Shown one piece after another: positions 15,359 through 25,077 of a stretch of 33,347 nucleotides of DNA. A program made the translations under genes and the position numbers. The notes under the pieces are model-generated. The model saw nothing but the letters and a program-made list of their open reading frames with translations, had not been told where the DNA came from and ran no database searches. How positions within the stretch are numbered: position 1 is the stretch's first letter; every line of letters begins with the position of its first letter. This DNA is from Kiritimatiellia bacterium. Lineage in GTDB: Bacteria > Verrucomicrobiota > Kiritimatiellia > RFP12 > UBA1067. The stretch spans positions 1 to 33,347 of the forward strand of contig JAGBZQ010000123.1 of the NCBI GenBank assembly GCA_017628165.1, in the 5' to 3' direction.

Positions 15359-16450
15359 ATGGCGGAGATCTTAGAGTTTCCTGGATTTATAGATGTGCAT
15401 GTCCACTTTCGCGATCCCGGTATTCCGGAGGCTGAGACTACGGCGAGTGGTCTTGCATCCGCCGCGCGCGGCGGCTTCGGCGCGGTAGTGACGATGCCGA
15501 ACACTTTGCCTGCCTGCGATTCTGTGGAACTGCTCGATTATCAGCGCAAGATTCCGTCTCCTGTTGCGCTTTATCCGTCTGTTGCAATCACGAAGGGCCG
15601 CAATGGCAAGGAGCTTGTGGATATGGAGGCGCTTGCGGAAAAGGGCGCGGCATTCTTTACAGATGACGGAAGCTATGTGTCTGACGATAAGCTGATGGAA
15701 GAGGCCATGTTCCGAGCGGCAAAGCTTGGAATGTGCGTAGCGGATCATGCGCTTGATCCGAGAATAGTAGGCTCTGGTGTGATTCGCGATTGTCCCCTCG
15801 CCCGCCGCGCTGGTCTTGCCGTTATTCCGGCGAGTGCGGAGACGGAGGCGATCAGGCGCGATATTTCAGTCTGCCGCACCACGGGATGCGCTCTTCATAT
15901 CCAGCATATTTCAACAGCCGAGGGAGTTGCTCTTGTGGCGGCCGCTCAGCGTGAGGGGCTTCCCGTGACCGCCGAGGCTACGCCTCATCATCTTCTTTTT
16001 GCCTGCGATGAACTTGAGATGGATGATGCAAACTTTAAGATGGCTCCGCCTCTCGGCACGAAGGAGGATCGCTGTGAGCTCCGCAAGGCCGTTAAGGAAG
16101 GCTCTCTCATGTTTGCTACAGACCACGCTCCACATCCTGCGCGGACGAAGACGGTGGGTTTCGCCAGGTCTGCCAACGGAATTATCGGGCTTGAGATTGC
16201 GGTGGCCTCCACTTATTCGGTGATGGTGCTTGAGGAGGGGATGGATGTTGACGCATGGGCGAGGGCATGGTGGGAGATGCCGCGCAAGGTGCTTTCTAAG
16301 GCTGTGCTGAGCGATCTTGATCGCCTGCGTCCGGTCACGCGCGTCACTGCAGGTGAGGTCAAGCGCACGGATGTTTCTTCATTCGCATCGCTTTCTCGCA
16401 ACTGCCCTTACGATGGCATGGAGTTTGACGGATGGCCTCAGGCGCGGTGA
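15359..16450 (+). CDS. pyrC: Dihydroorotase (class I, short form)
   Basis: FIDVHVHFRDPG (the HxH metal ligands), TMPNT, AFFTDDGSYV, LHIQHIST, ATDHAPH. AGAGGAG SD upstream. Confidence 0.85.
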   Translation: MAEILEFPGFIDVHVHFRDPGIPEAETTASGLASAARGGFGAVVTMPNTLPACDSVELLDYQRKIPSPVALYPSVAITKGRNGKELVDMEALAEKGAAFFTDDGSYVSDDKLMEEAMFRAAKLGMCVADHALDPRIVGSGVIRDCPLARRAGLAVIPASAETEAIRRDISVCRTTGCALHIQHISTAEGVALVAAAQREGLPVTAEATPHHLLFACDELEMDDANFKMAPPLGTKEDRCELRKAVKEGSLMFATDHAPHPARTKTVGFARSANGIIGLEIAVASTYSVMVLEEGMDVDAWARAWWEMPRKVLSKAVLSDLDRLRPVTRVTAGEVKRTDVSSFASLSRNCPYDGMEFDGWPQAR

Positions 16451-16475
16451 TTTTCAGAGAAAGTGAGGTGTTGTG

Positions 16476-17294
16476 ATGAATATGGAGTTTTTTGACAATG
16501 CGGCACAGTGCTTTCCCGACGCGTGCTTTACGCGCCCTGTGGATGTGGGCTTTGTTCTGGGAAGCGGCTGGAGCGATGCGCTTGAGATGGATGAAATCAT
16601 CACCCGCATTTCCTACGGGGACATCCCAGGGCTTGGGGCGTCGACGGTGAAGGGCCATGCTGGCGAGTTCATTCTCTACAGGCGCGGTTCTATGCGAATT
16701 GCCGCATGGTGCGGCAGACGCCATTATTACGAGGAGGGGCGCTGGGAGAATGTGGTTCTGCCCGTGGAGATGCTTCGCAGGATGGGATGTTCCACGCTCG
16801 TGCTTACAAATGCTTCTGGCGGCATCAATCCCGCTCTTAGGCCCGGAGATTTTGTAATCATAAGGGATCATTTGAATTTAGCCGGGATAAATCCGCTTAT
16901 CGGGCCTCACCGTCCCGAGTGGGGGGAGCGTTTCCCGGATATGACCGAGGTTTATACGCGAAGACTCGCAGAGCTTATGCACGCAAGCGCGAACCGCCTG
17001 AGCTTAAGGGCTATGGACGGGGTGTATGCTTATACCACCGGCCCGCTGTATGAAACGCCCGCGGAAATCATGGCATACAAGGCGCAGGGCGCAGACGTCG
17101 TGGGAATGTCCACGGTTCCTGAGGCCGTCTTCGCCAAGGCTTGCGGGATGAAGATTGCAGGGCTCTCTCTCGTCACGAATCTTGCGGCTGGAATTTCGCG
17201 TCAGGCACTTGACCATGCAGAAGTCGTCGGTGCGGCGGCGGAGGCCAAACCGCGCATGAAGGCGCTCTTCGAGAACTTTCTTTCAAGGTTGTGA
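16476..17294 (+). CDS. punA: Purine nucleoside phosphorylase (trimeric PNP / PunA-XapA family)
   Basis: GHAGEFILYRRG, CGRRHYYEG, VLTNASGGINP, GPLYETPAE, GADVVGMSTVPE, LSLVTNLAAG. The GTG at 16473 is an alternative start. Confidence 0.85.
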   Translation: MNMEFFDNAAQCFPDACFTRPVDVGFVLGSGWSDALEMDEIITRISYGDIPGLGASTVKGHAGEFILYRRGSMRIAAWCGRRHYYEEGRWENVVLPVEMLRRMGCSTLVLTNASGGINPALRPGDFVIIRDHLNLAGINPLIGPHRPEWGERFPDMTEVYTRRLAELMHASANRLSLRAMDGVYAYTTGPLYETPAEIMAYKAQGADVVGMSTVPEAVFAKACGMKIAGLSLVTNLAAGISRQALDHAEVVGAAAEAKPRMKALFENFLSRL

Positions 17295-18187
17295 TTTTCG
17301 AAGAAGAGATCGCCTCTTTTGTGTCGGCATTGCGCTATGAACGCGCAATGTCCGAAAATACTTGCGAATCGTATGAGCGGGATGTCGTGAATTTCGCGGC
17401 ATATATGAAGCTCGCCGGCGCTGATGGCGCAAGTGTGGTGGATCGTTCTGATATTGACGGCTATTTTCAGGCTGAGCGCGAGCGCAAGATGGCTTCCTCC
17501 ACGCGTGCGCGTAGGCTTATTGCGTTGAAACTCTTTTTTCGTCATCTCGTTGAGCGTAAGATCATATCTGAAAATCCGATGGAGGTTGTGGCGCGTCCGA
17601 AGAAGGCGCGAATTCTGCCGCGAATTCTTGCAGAGGATGAAGTGGCGGAGATGCTCGATTCGGTGGGGGTGGATACGCCGCGCGATCTGCGTGACAGAGC
17701 TCTTTTAGAGGTTATGTACGGATGTGGCCTTAGAGTTAGTGAGGTGTGTCAGCTGAGTGTTTCTGACGTCGTCTCAGACGGCGAGCTTTTGCGTGTTATA
17801 GGAAAAGGCTTCAAGGAACGGCTTATCCCAATCGGTGTTGCCGCGGGGCGCGTGCTCGCCGAGTATCTCGCGTGCGGGCGCGGCGCATTTGCCAGAGACG
17901 ACAGGCGAACGGAGTTTTTTCTTACGCGTCTTGGAAAGCCTTTTACGCGCCAGGGCATATTCAAGGTTGTGCGCGAGCGCGCTGCCGCCGTAGGGATTGC
18001 GCCCGGGCGGATCTCGCCGCACGTCCTGCGCCATTGTTTCGCATCGCACATGCTCAGGCACGGGGCTGATATCCGCGCAATACAGGAGATGCTTGGACAT
18101 GCCGACATCGGCACTACGCAAGTTTATACGCACGTTGATACGAAGCGTTTTGGAGAAATACATCGCCGTTATCACCCACGCGGATGA
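17291..18187 (+). CDS. xerD: Tyrosine site-specific recombinase, XerD-like
   Basis: 298 aa. N-terminal SAM-like domain (LRYERAMSENTCESYERDV), then RDRALLEVMYGCGLRVSEV, GKGFKERLIP, HVLRHCFASHML.HGADIRAIQEMLGHADIGTTQVYTHV and a terminal HPRG. The GTG start overlaps the PNP stop (GTGA). Confidence 0.75.
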   Translation: MIFEEEIASFVSALRYERAMSENTCESYERDVVNFAAYMKLAGADGASVVDRSDIDGYFQAERERKMASSTRARRLIALKLFFRHLVERKIISENPMEVVARPKKARILPRILAEDEVAEMLDSVGVDTPRDLRDRALLEVMYGCGLRVSEVCQLSVSDVVSDGELLRVIGKGFKERLIPIGVAAGRVLAEYLACGRGAFARDDRRTEFFLTRLGKPFTRQGIFKVVRERAAAVGIAPGRISPHVLRHCFASHMLRHGADIRAIQEMLGHADIGTTQVYTHVDTKRFGEIHRRYHPRG

Positions 18188-18191
18188 TTTT

Positions 18192-18200
18192 TGGTATAAT
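18192..18200 (+). promoter_or_regulatory. Consensus extended -10 promoter TGGTATAAT ahead of valS
   Basis: Perfect TGnTATAAT in the 42-nt xerD-valS gap, 29 nt upstream of the valS ATG. There is no recognisable -35. Confidence 0.45.
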
Positions 18201-18229
18201 ATTCGTTCAAACAGAAAATTCAATAAACT

Positions 18230-20944
18230 ATGATGGATAAGCATTATGACGCCAAGGCCGCGGAGGCCAAGTGGTATCCCTTTTGGGAAAACAGCGGATT
18301 TTTTCACCAGGAACCCGGCAAGGGCGAGCCGTACAGTGTGGTCATCCCCCCGCCGAACGTGACTGGTATTCTTCACATGGGCCACGCGCTCAACCAGACG
18401 ATTCAGGATATTCTCGTCAGGTGGCGCCGCATGCAGGGCAAGAATACGCTTTGGCTTCCTGGTACGGATCATGCCGGCATCGCTACTCAGAATGTTGTCG
18501 AGAAGGCGCTCCGCAAGGAGGGTAAGCGCCGTCAGGATCTTGGCCGCGAAGCGTTTGTCGAGCGCGTCTGGGACTGGAAGAAACAGTACGGCGGCACGAT
18601 TGTTCATCAGCAGAGGATGCTTGGCAATTCCACGGATTGGCAGCGCGAGCGCTTCACCCTCGATGAGGGGTGCTCGAAGGCTGTCGCGAAGGTCTTTACT
18701 CAGCTTTATAACGAGGGTTTGATTTACAAGGGTAATTACATTGTAAACTGGTGCCCGCGTTGCGGAACGGCTCTTGCTAACGACGAAGTCGAGCATGAGG
18801 CGAATCACGGTCATCTTTGGTATGTTCGTTATCCTGTTGCCGGAAGCGCTCTCGGCGTCAAGGGAGAGTTGAACAAGGACTATATCTGTGTTGCAACGAC
18901 ACGCCCCGAAACGCTTCCTGGCGATACGGCGGTGGCTGTAAATCCCACGGACGAGCGCTTTGCCGCGATTGTGGGTAAGAATGTCGTTCTGCCCCTTACC
19001 GGGCGTGAGATTCCCGTTCTTGCCGATGATTATGTCGAGAAGGCGTTCGGCACCGGTATCGTCAAGATTACGCCTGCGCATGACCCGAACGACTTCCTCG
19101 TCGGTAAGCGCCACGGGCTTGAAGAGGTCAATATCATGACCGATGACGGCCACATGAACGAACTTGCCGGGGAGAAGTATTGCGGCATGGATCGTTTCGA
19201 GTGCCGCAAGGCGCTTCTCGCCGATCTCGAAGAGGGCGGCTATCTTGATCATGTTGAGGATTATGATAATCAGGTTGGCCATTGCTACCGCTGTCATGAT
19301 GTCGTGGAGTCGCGTCTTTCCAAGCAGTGGTTCGTGAAGATGAAGCCGCTTGCCGTGCCTGCGATTGCGGCGGTGAGGTCGGGTGAAGTCAAGTTCGTCC
19401 CGGATCGCTGGAGCAAGATCTACTTCAACTGGATGGAAAACATTCAGGATTGGTGCATTTCCCGTCAGCTCTGGTGGGGGCACAGGATCCCAGCATACTC
19501 GCTTCGCGAGAGCGCTGGTATCAGTGAAGAGTTAAAAGTTAAGAGTGACGAGTTGGTGTTTGTGGCTGAGACGGCTGAAGAGGCTCTTGAAAAAGCCAAG
19601 GCAAAGACCGGCAATGCCGCTTTGACCCTTGCCGATCTTGAGCAGGATCCCGATGTTCTTGATACGTGGTTCAGCTCGTGGCTTTGGCCGTTCTCCACGC
19701 TCGGCTGGCCGGAAAATACGGCGGATCTTGAGAAGTTTTATCCCACAAGCGATCTCGTGACCGCTCAGGATATTATTTTCTTCTGGGTTGCCCGCATGAT
19801 GATGGCCGGTATTCACTTTATGGGTAAGCCGCCATTCAAGAATATCGTCATTCATGGCATCGTTCGCGCGGCGGACGGCTCGAAGATGTCTAAATCGAAG
19901 GGAAATTCTCTCGACCCGCTTGAGCTTATCGATGCTTATTCCGCTGATGCGCTGCGCTTCTCCATCGCGCTTATCACTTCGCTTGAGTGCGATACGAAGG
20001 TGAACAAGGAGAAGTTCGAAATCGGCCGCAATTTCTGCACAAAGATATGGAACGCTGCGCGTTTTATAGAGATGCAGGAGGCGAACATTCCCGAAAAGAA
20101 GACGATCGCGGACATATCCGATCTTACCGCTGACGAGAAGCACATTCTTTGGGCCACCGATCTTGCGTGCCGCAAGATCGGTGAGATACTGGAGAATTAC
20201 CGCATTCAGGACGGCGCTCTTGCGGTTTATGATTTCTTCTGGACGCAGATCTGCGACTGGTATGTGGAATATGCGAAGGATGCTCCCGACAAGGCGCGTG
20301 CGTTTGCGATTCTGCGTGATGTATTCTACAAGGCCCTCAGACTTCTTCATCCCTATATGCCGTTCATCACGGAGGAAGTTTCGCATGCTCTTGGATATCT
20401 CAAGGAAGATGAGTCCGTCATGCTCGCCAAGTTTCCCGAGGGATATTCGCAGGAGGAGAAGTCCGCGTGGGGGCTTAGCGCTGAAATTTACGAGTTTGTC
20501 AACGCCAAGCGTGAGGCGATCACGGCTCTTCGCGCTCTTCGCGCCGAGTACAAGGTTTCGCCCGCGGCATTCGTCAAAGTCACTCTTGCAACAGACGATG
20601 CGGCCGCCTCCGGCGAGGTGGAGTCTCTTAAGAAGGCGATGCGCGCAGAGACGATCGACTTCGTGGCTTCTGGCGCTGATCTCCCTATGCCGTCCAAGAT
20701 TACCAAGTTCGCGACCGTGTATCTCTCGCTCGACGGGCTTGTGGACAAGGCGGCGGAATCCAAGCGTATCACAGCCGAGCTTGCCAAGCTCGCGGGATTC
20801 ATCAAGGCGTCCGAGGCGAAGCTTTCAAATGAAAGCTTTGTGGCAAATGCGCCGGAGGCGATCGTGGCCGAGGCCCGCCGCAAGCTCGCCGACAACAAGG
20901 AAAAGGCGGCTCAGCTCGAAAAGCTGCTGCGTCTTTTTGCGTAA
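18230..20944 (+). CDS. valS: Valine--tRNA ligase
   Basis: 904 aa. Class I HIGH variant PPPNVTGILHMGHAL, KMSKS loop (KMSKSKGN), a CP1 editing insert, and a C-terminal coiled coil. Confidence 0.97.
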   Translation: MMDKHYDAKAAEAKWYPFWENSGFFHQEPGKGEPYSVVIPPPNVTGILHMGHALNQTIQDILVRWRRMQGKNTLWLPGTDHAGIATQNVVEKALRKEGKRRQDLGREAFVERVWDWKKQYGGTIVHQQRMLGNSTDWQRERFTLDEGCSKAVAKVFTQLYNEGLIYKGNYIVNWCPRCGTALANDEVEHEANHGHLWYVRYPVAGSALGVKGELNKDYICVATTRPETLPGDTAVAVNPTDERFAAIVGKNVVLPLTGREIPVLADDYVEKAFGTGIVKITPAHDPNDFLVGKRHGLEEVNIMTDDGHMNELAGEKYCGMDRFECRKALLADLEEGGYLDHVEDYDNQVGHCYRCHDVVESRLSKQWFVKMKPLAVPAIAAVRSGEVKFVPDRWSKIYFNWMENIQDWCISRQLWWGHRIPAYSLRESAGISEELKVKSDELVFVAETAEEALEKAKAKTGNAALTLADLEQDPDVLDTWFSSWLWPFSTLGWPENTADLEKFYPTSDLVTAQDIIFFWVARMMMAGIHFMGKPPFKNIVIHGIVRAADGSKMSKSKGNSLDPLELIDAYSADALRFSIALITSLECDTKVNKEKFEIGRNFCTKIWNAARFIEMQEANIPEKKTIADISDLTADEKHILWATDLACRKIGEILENYRIQDGALAVYDFFWTQICDWYVEYAKDAPDKARAFAILRDVFYKALRLLHPYMPFITEEVSHALGYLKEDESVMLAKFPEGYSQEEKSAWGLSAEIYEFVNAKREAITALRALRAEYKVSPAAFVKVTLATDDAAASGEVESLKKAMRAETIDFVASGADLPMPSKITKFATVYLSLDGLVDKAAESKRITAELAKLAGFIKASEAKLSNESFVANAPEAIVAEARRKLADNKEKAAQLEKLLRLFA

Positions 20945-20946
20945 CG

Positions 20947-21549
20947 ATGATCGCATATATCCGAGGAACGCTTGCCGCAAAGGACTTCGACAAGGTTGTT
21001 GTCGAAGCCGCTGGAGTGGGATATGAGCTTTTTATATCTCTTTCCACTTATGACAAGCTTCCTCGGGAGGGCGAGGAGGTGAAGCTTCTCGCCTGGCATT
21101 GCGTTCGCGAGGACGATGAGATCCTGTTCGGTTTTGCCGCGAAAGAGGAGCGCGAGATGTTCCTCAAGCTTACGCAAGTAAGCGGAGTTGGACCCAAGAT
21201 TGCGCTTGCCATACTTTCCGGGACTTCGATTGGCGAGCTTTCGCTTGCGATTGCAAGCGGCAACGCCAAGCTCATTGCGTCTGTGAAGGGGGTTGGCAAA
21301 AAGACGGCAGAGAAGATTTGCGTGGAGCTTAAGGACAAGGTCAACGCCATTGCCGCTCTTGCCGCAGCTTCAAAGGGTGTGCGCGATGACGGCAGGTCTC
21401 TTATTGCGCGCGATGCTATCTTGGCTCTTTCCGCACTTGGTTTCGGTGAAGAAGTGGCCAATAAGATGGTGGCCTCTGCCATTGCCGATAACCCGCAGGC
21501 GGCTGACGTGGAGAGCATAATCCGCAAGGCTCTTTCGAAGAAGGGGTGA
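20947..21549 (+). CDS. ruvA: Holliday junction branch-migration complex subunit RuvA
   Basis: MIAYIRGTL...GVGYELFIS, REDDEILFGF, LTQVSGVGPKIALAILS, VKGVGKKTAEKICVELKDK. The start is 2 nt after the valS stop. Confidence 0.9.
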   Translation: MIAYIRGTLAAKDFDKVVVEAAGVGYELFISLSTYDKLPREGEEVKLLAWHCVREDDEILFGFAAKEEREMFLKLTQVSGVGPKIALAILSGTSIGELSLAIASGNAKLIASVKGVGKKTAEKICVELKDKVNAIAALAAASKGVRDDGRSLIARDAILALSALGFGEEVANKMVASAIADNPQAADVESIIRKALSKKG

Positions 21550-21575
21550 CAAATACGGGATAAATGTGATAGAAT
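21546..21575 (+). promoter_or_regulatory. Sigma-70 promoter with extended -10 ahead of ribH
   Basis: GTGACA (21546-21551), an 18-nt spacer ending in TG, then TAGAAT (21570-21575), read as TGATAGAAT. An AGAAGGA SD sits 6 nt before the ATG at 21609. Confidence 0.4.
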
Positions 21576-21608
21576 ATTTCAAATTTTGAATAAATAGAAG
21601 GATGAATT

Positions 21609-22067
21609 ATGAAGGAAATATCTGGTGCTTTGACTGCTGACGGATGCAAGATCGCTCTTGTGGTTAGTCGATTCAACAGTTTCTTGACCGAGCAGCTTGT
21701 GAAGGGTGCTGTTGATGCATTTGTGCGTCTTGGCGGCGATGAGAAAAACCTCATCCTTGTGCGCGTTCCCGGCGCGTATGAGATTCCGATTGTTGCAGAT
21801 CGTCTCGCTGCAAGCGGGGTTGATGCCGTAGTGTGCCTCGGTGCCGTGGTGCAGGGAGCCACTTCGCATGCTCAGCTCATCAATACGGCTACGGCTGAGG
21901 CTTTTAGCCGCATTTCACTTAAGCGCGGAGTTCCTGTTCTCGATGGCGTCGTGAGCGCCGAAACGCTTGAGCAGGCGGTTGAGCGCTGCGGCACGAAGCA
22001 GGGCAACAAGGGCTTTTCCGTAATGCAGGCTGCAATTGAAATGGTGAACGTCCTCAAGAAGATTTAA
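21609..22067 (+). CDS. ribH: 6,7-dimethyl-8-ribityllumazine synthase
   Basis: 152 aa. KIALVVSRFNSFLTEQLVKGAVDAF, VPGAYEIP, CLGAVVQGATSH, EQAVERCG..GNKG. Confidence 0.9.
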   Translation: MKEISGALTADGCKIALVVSRFNSFLTEQLVKGAVDAFVRLGGDEKNLILVRVPGAYEIPIVADRLAASGVDAVVCLGAVVQGATSHAQLINTATAEAFSRISLKRGVPVLDGVVSAETLEQAVERCGTKQGNKGFSVMQAAIEMVNVLKKI

Positions 22068-22096
22068 AAAATATTAAAGAAAGAGAGAAAATCAAA

Positions 22097-23329
22097 ATGG
22101 CTAAAGAAGTAAAGAAAGTAGCGTTCCTCACCGCAGGCGGTTTGGCGCCGTGCCTCAGTTCCTCGATCGGTTTCTTGATCGACGAGTACAACGCCAAGAC
22201 TCCGAACGTTGAGATGATCGGCTATATCAATGGATACATGGGGCTCCTCAAGGGTGAATCCATCCCTGTTACGCCCGAGGTCCGCAAGAATGCTCTTGTT
22301 CTCACTCGCCATGGCGGATCACCCATCGGCAACAGCCGCGTCAAGCTTACGAACGTCAAGGATTGTGTCAAGCGCGGTCTTGTCAAGGAGGGTGAAGATC
22401 CCCTTAAGGTGGCGGCCGATCAGCTCGTCAAGGATGGCGTTGATGTTCTCCACACCATCGGCGGTGATGATACGAACACTACGGCGGCGGACCTTGCCGC
22501 GTATCTCGCCACGAATAATTATCCGCTTATCGTCGTTGGGCTTCCCAAGACGATCGACAATGACGTCTTCCCGATCAAGCAGTCTCTTGGCGCTCTTACT
22601 GCCGCTGAGGAGGGTGCCAAGTTCTTCATGAATGTCGTCAAGGAGAATAGCGCCAATCCGCGCGCTCTTACGATTCATGAGGTTATGGGGCGCAACTGCG
22701 GCTGGCTCACCTATAAGACGGCTCAGTATTACCGTAAGATGCTCGGGCGCACGAAGTTCCTCCCCGAGTTCAATTTGACGCTCGCCCGTCAGGATGTTCA
22801 CGCTGTCTATGTCCCGGAGTCACGTATCGATTTCGAGTCGGAGGCTCAGCGCCTGAGCAAGATTATGGATACGGTAGACAGCGTCAACATCTTCGTCTCC
22901 GAGGGTGCCGGTGTTGCCGACATCATCAAGGAGATGGAGAAGCGCGGAGAGGTTGTTCCGCGTGACGCTTTCGGCCATCCGCGTCTTGATAAGGTTAATG
23001 TCGGGCAGTATGTCGGCAAGCGCTTCGGCGAGCTTCTTGGCGCAGAGAAGGTTCAGGTTTTCAAGTCTGGCTATTTTGCACGCGCTGCCGCTCCGAACAA
23101 GAAGGATTTGAGGCTTATTGAAAAGTGCGCCCGCAAGGCTGTGGAGTGCGCGCTCAATGGCGAGAGCGGCGTTGTCGGGCCTGATGAAGATCAGGGTGCC
23201 GTCATCCGCGCTTGCGAGTTCCCGCGCATCAAGGGCGGCAAGCCCTTCAATGTTCGCAAGGGTTCTTTCCGCAAGATGCTTTCTGAGATCGGCCAGCCCA
23301 ATCCCCGCAAAAAGCGCACCGTCAAGTAA
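22097..23329 (+). CDS. pfp: Pyrophosphate-dependent 6-phosphofructokinase
   Basis: 410 aa. AFLTAGGLAPCLSS, IGGDDT and PKTIDND. The Asp and Lys occupy positions that are Gly-Gly in ATP-dependent PFKs, which is the established PPi-specificity signature. Also MGRNCGWLT. Confidence 0.85.
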   Translation: MAKEVKKVAFLTAGGLAPCLSSSIGFLIDEYNAKTPNVEMIGYINGYMGLLKGESIPVTPEVRKNALVLTRHGGSPIGNSRVKLTNVKDCVKRGLVKEGEDPLKVAADQLVKDGVDVLHTIGGDDTNTTAADLAAYLATNNYPLIVVGLPKTIDNDVFPIKQSLGALTAAEEGAKFFMNVVKENSANPRALTIHEVMGRNCGWLTYKTAQYYRKMLGRTKFLPEFNLTLARQDVHAVYVPESRIDFESEAQRLSKIMDTVDSVNIFVSEGAGVADIIKEMEKRGEVVPRDAFGHPRLDKVNVGQYVGKRFGELLGAEKVQVFKSGYFARAAAPNKKDLRLIEKCARKAVECALNGESGVVGPDEDQGAVIRACEFPRIKGGKPFNVRKGSFRKMLSEIGQPNPRKKRTVK

Positions 23330-23339
23330 GGTTCTCGGT

Positions 23340-24161
23340 ATGGAGCAAAAGTCAGGGGTTCAGTCTGCGGTTGAGAGGCTTCATGAAATCATGGTCCGTC
23401 TGCGTGATCCGAAGACGGGCTGTCCTTGGGACAGAGAGCAGACCCTTGAGTCGCTCAAGCCGTGTGTTCTCGAAGAGACATACGAGCTTCTCGCCGCGAT
23501 GGATAACCCTGACGATGTCTCCAACCACATCGAAGAATTGGGTGACGTCCTTCTTCAGGTCATGTTCCAGGCGGTCATGGCCGAGCAGGAAGGGCGTTTC
23601 ACTTTTGAAGATGTGGCCAACGGCGTGTCTGATAAGCTTGTGCATCGGCATCCGCATGTTTTCGGCACTGTTGATGCCGCCGATTCCGCAGCTGTCTTGC
23701 GCAATTGGGAGCGGCTTAAGCAGATGGAGCACAAAAAGGAGGCGCGTCACAGTGCGCTTGATGGAGTGCCGTCTGCTCTGCCTGCGCTTTTAAAGGCGCG
23801 GCGCATTCAGGAGAAGGCTTCGCGAGTAGGCTTCGACTGGAAGGACGCGGCAGGGCCAATGGAAAAAATCGCCGAGGAGCTCGATGAGCTCAAGGCTGAG
23901 GTGGCGACACGTTCTTCTGATAAGCCGGCTGATTCAGGTCGGGTGAAAGAGGAGCTTGGCGATCTTCTTTTTGCGGTGTGCAATTTGGCACGGCATCTCG
24001 GAGTAGATGCTGAGAGCGCTCTTGAGCTTTCTTCGTCTAAGTTCTCACGCCGTTTTCGCGCTGTAGAGGCTGGAGCTAAGGCGGCTGGGCGTGATTTGAA
24101 GGAAATGACGCTTGCCGAAATGGATGTTCTTTGGGACGAGGCCAAGGCGTGTGAAAATTGA
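23340..24161 (+). CDS. mazG: Nucleoside triphosphate pyrophosphohydrolase MazG (two-domain)
   Basis: Start set to the ATG at 23340. The track's start at 23118 overlaps pfp in another frame. LRDPKTGCPWDREQT, EETYELLAA, EELGDVLLQV, KLVHRHPHVFG, and a second EELGDLLFAV repeat. Confidence 0.9.
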   Translation: MEQKSGVQSAVERLHEIMVRLRDPKTGCPWDREQTLESLKPCVLEETYELLAAMDNPDDVSNHIEELGDVLLQVMFQAVMAEQEGRFTFEDVANGVSDKLVHRHPHVFGTVDAADSAAVLRNWERLKQMEHKKEARHSALDGVPSALPALLKARRIQEKASRVGFDWKDAAGPMEKIAEELDELKAEVATRSSDKPADSGRVKEELGDLLFAVCNLARHLGVDAESALELSSSKFSRRFRAVEAGAKAAGRDLKEMTLAEMDVLWDEAKACEN

Positions 24162-24975
24162 GATTCTTACTCCCCACGGTTTTTGCGCCGGAGTTAAGGG
24201 TGCTTTAGATAAGGCTTTGAGGCTTGCGGAAGAGGGTGCGTTAGTTTATTGCCTTCATGAAATTGTCCACAACGAGATTGTTGTAGAATCCCTTCGGAAC
24301 AGGGGGTTTCGCTTTGTGGAGGATATTGGTGAAATTCCGAATGGATCTACTGTTCTTTTTTCGGCGCATGGTGTAAGTCCTTCAGTCCGCAAGGAGGCTT
24401 TTGCGCGTTCGCTAAGGGTTGTTGATGCCACGTGTCCGTTTGTGATGCGCGTGCATAAAGCGGCGAAAGCCTTTAGCGATGCGGGGCTCCAAGTGATAGT
24501 GATCGGCAAGAAAACCCATGCCGAGGTCAAGGGAATTCTCGGGGAAGCTCCTGGCGCGATGGTGGTGGCTTCTGCAGAAGAGGCGCGTAGGCTTGAGCCC
24601 GGTGCATTTGTTCGCGCAGGTGTAGTAAGCCAGACGACGATGAATGCCGATGATGTCGCGGAAATCGTTGCGGTGCTTGCTGGTAAGTTCGAGATAGAAA
24701 GTACAGCCGAAGTTTGTAACGCCACAAAGGAGCGCCAAGATGCCGTCAAGGCGTTTGGCGGGGACGCATTACTTGTTCTTGGAAGCGCGAATTCATCAAA
24801 CACTCGTCGTCTTGCAGAAGTTGCGCGGTGCAAGACGTTTCGTGCGGGAACGCTTGATGAGTTGCGCGCGCTTGATTTGTCGGGGATTCGGCATCTCGGC
24901 GTGACGAGCGGTGCTTCGACGCCTGAATCGTTTTTCGAAGAAGCTGTTCGCTTTCTTCTTCAGTCATCAATGTAA
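24151..24975 (+). CDS. ispH: 4-hydroxy-3-methylbut-2-enyl diphosphate reductase
   Basis: GFCAGVKGALD, HEIVHN, FSAHGVSP, VVDATCPFV, VVSQTT, VCNATKERQ, SANSSNTRRL, TSGASTPE. The start is most likely the GTG at 24151 (VKIEILTPHGFCAGV), overlapping the mazG end by 11 nt. TTG 24112 and ATG 24124 are alternatives. Confidence 0.92.
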   Translation: MKIEILTPHGFCAGVKGALDKALRLAEEGALVYCLHEIVHNEIVVESLRNRGFRFVEDIGEIPNGSTVLFSAHGVSPSVRKEAFARSLRVVDATCPFVMRVHKAAKAFSDAGLQVIVIGKKTHAEVKGILGEAPGAMVVASAEEARRLEPGAFVRAGVVSQTTMNADDVAEIVAVLAGKFEIESTAEVCNATKERQDAVKAFGGDALLVLGSANSSNTRRLAEVARCKTFRAGTLDELRALDLSGIRHLGVTSGASTPESFFEEAVRFLLQSSM

Positions 24976-25010
24976 ATCTCATGGAGCCCCCCGGCGCACA
25001 ACTTCTGACT

Positions 25011-25040
25011 TTCGCATGAATTTTGCAATTATGGTATAAT
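25011..25040 (+). promoter_or_regulatory. Sigma-70 promoter with consensus extended -10 ahead of the GH2 gene
   Basis: TTCGCA (25011-25016), an 18-nt spacer ending in TG, then TATAAT (25035-25040), read as TGGTATAAT. Confidence 0.45.
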
Positions 25041-25077
25041 AAACAGAAATTTTAAAATTATCAGAGTAAGGATGCTT

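Noticed and set aside
17291-18187. The tyrosine recombinase as a marker of an integrated mobile element
   Set aside because: The sequence has the XerC/XerD housekeeping pattern. It is embedded in an operon with PNP through a GTGA overlap and is followed by valS. There are no flanking repeats, att-like duplications, phage genes or cargo genes.
17774-19483. A 569-aa ORF on the minus strand, antisense to xerD and valS
   Set aside because: Its codons are exactly phase-aligned with the sense codons of both genes, and all three share the same coordinate phase mod 3. An antisense stop can therefore arise only from a sense TTA, CTA or TCA codon. The ORF merely shows that these codons are avoided here, since Leu is mostly CTT, CTC or CTG. 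The translated product is low-complexity and Arg/Leu-rich with no recognisable motif. It is a shadow ORF, not a gene.
21094-21108. A sigma-54-like GG-N10-GC element (TGGCATTGCGTTCGC)
   Set aside because: It lies inside the ruvA coding sequence, matches the TGGCACG-N4-TTGCW consensus poorly and has no downstream gene start. I found no convincing -24/-12 promoter in any intergenic gap of the window.
21550-21608. A possible FMN riboswitch upstream of ribH
   Set aside because: The whole gap is 59 nt and is already occupied by a promoter and an SD. An FMN aptamer needs more than 120 nt, and none of its conserved stems is visible.
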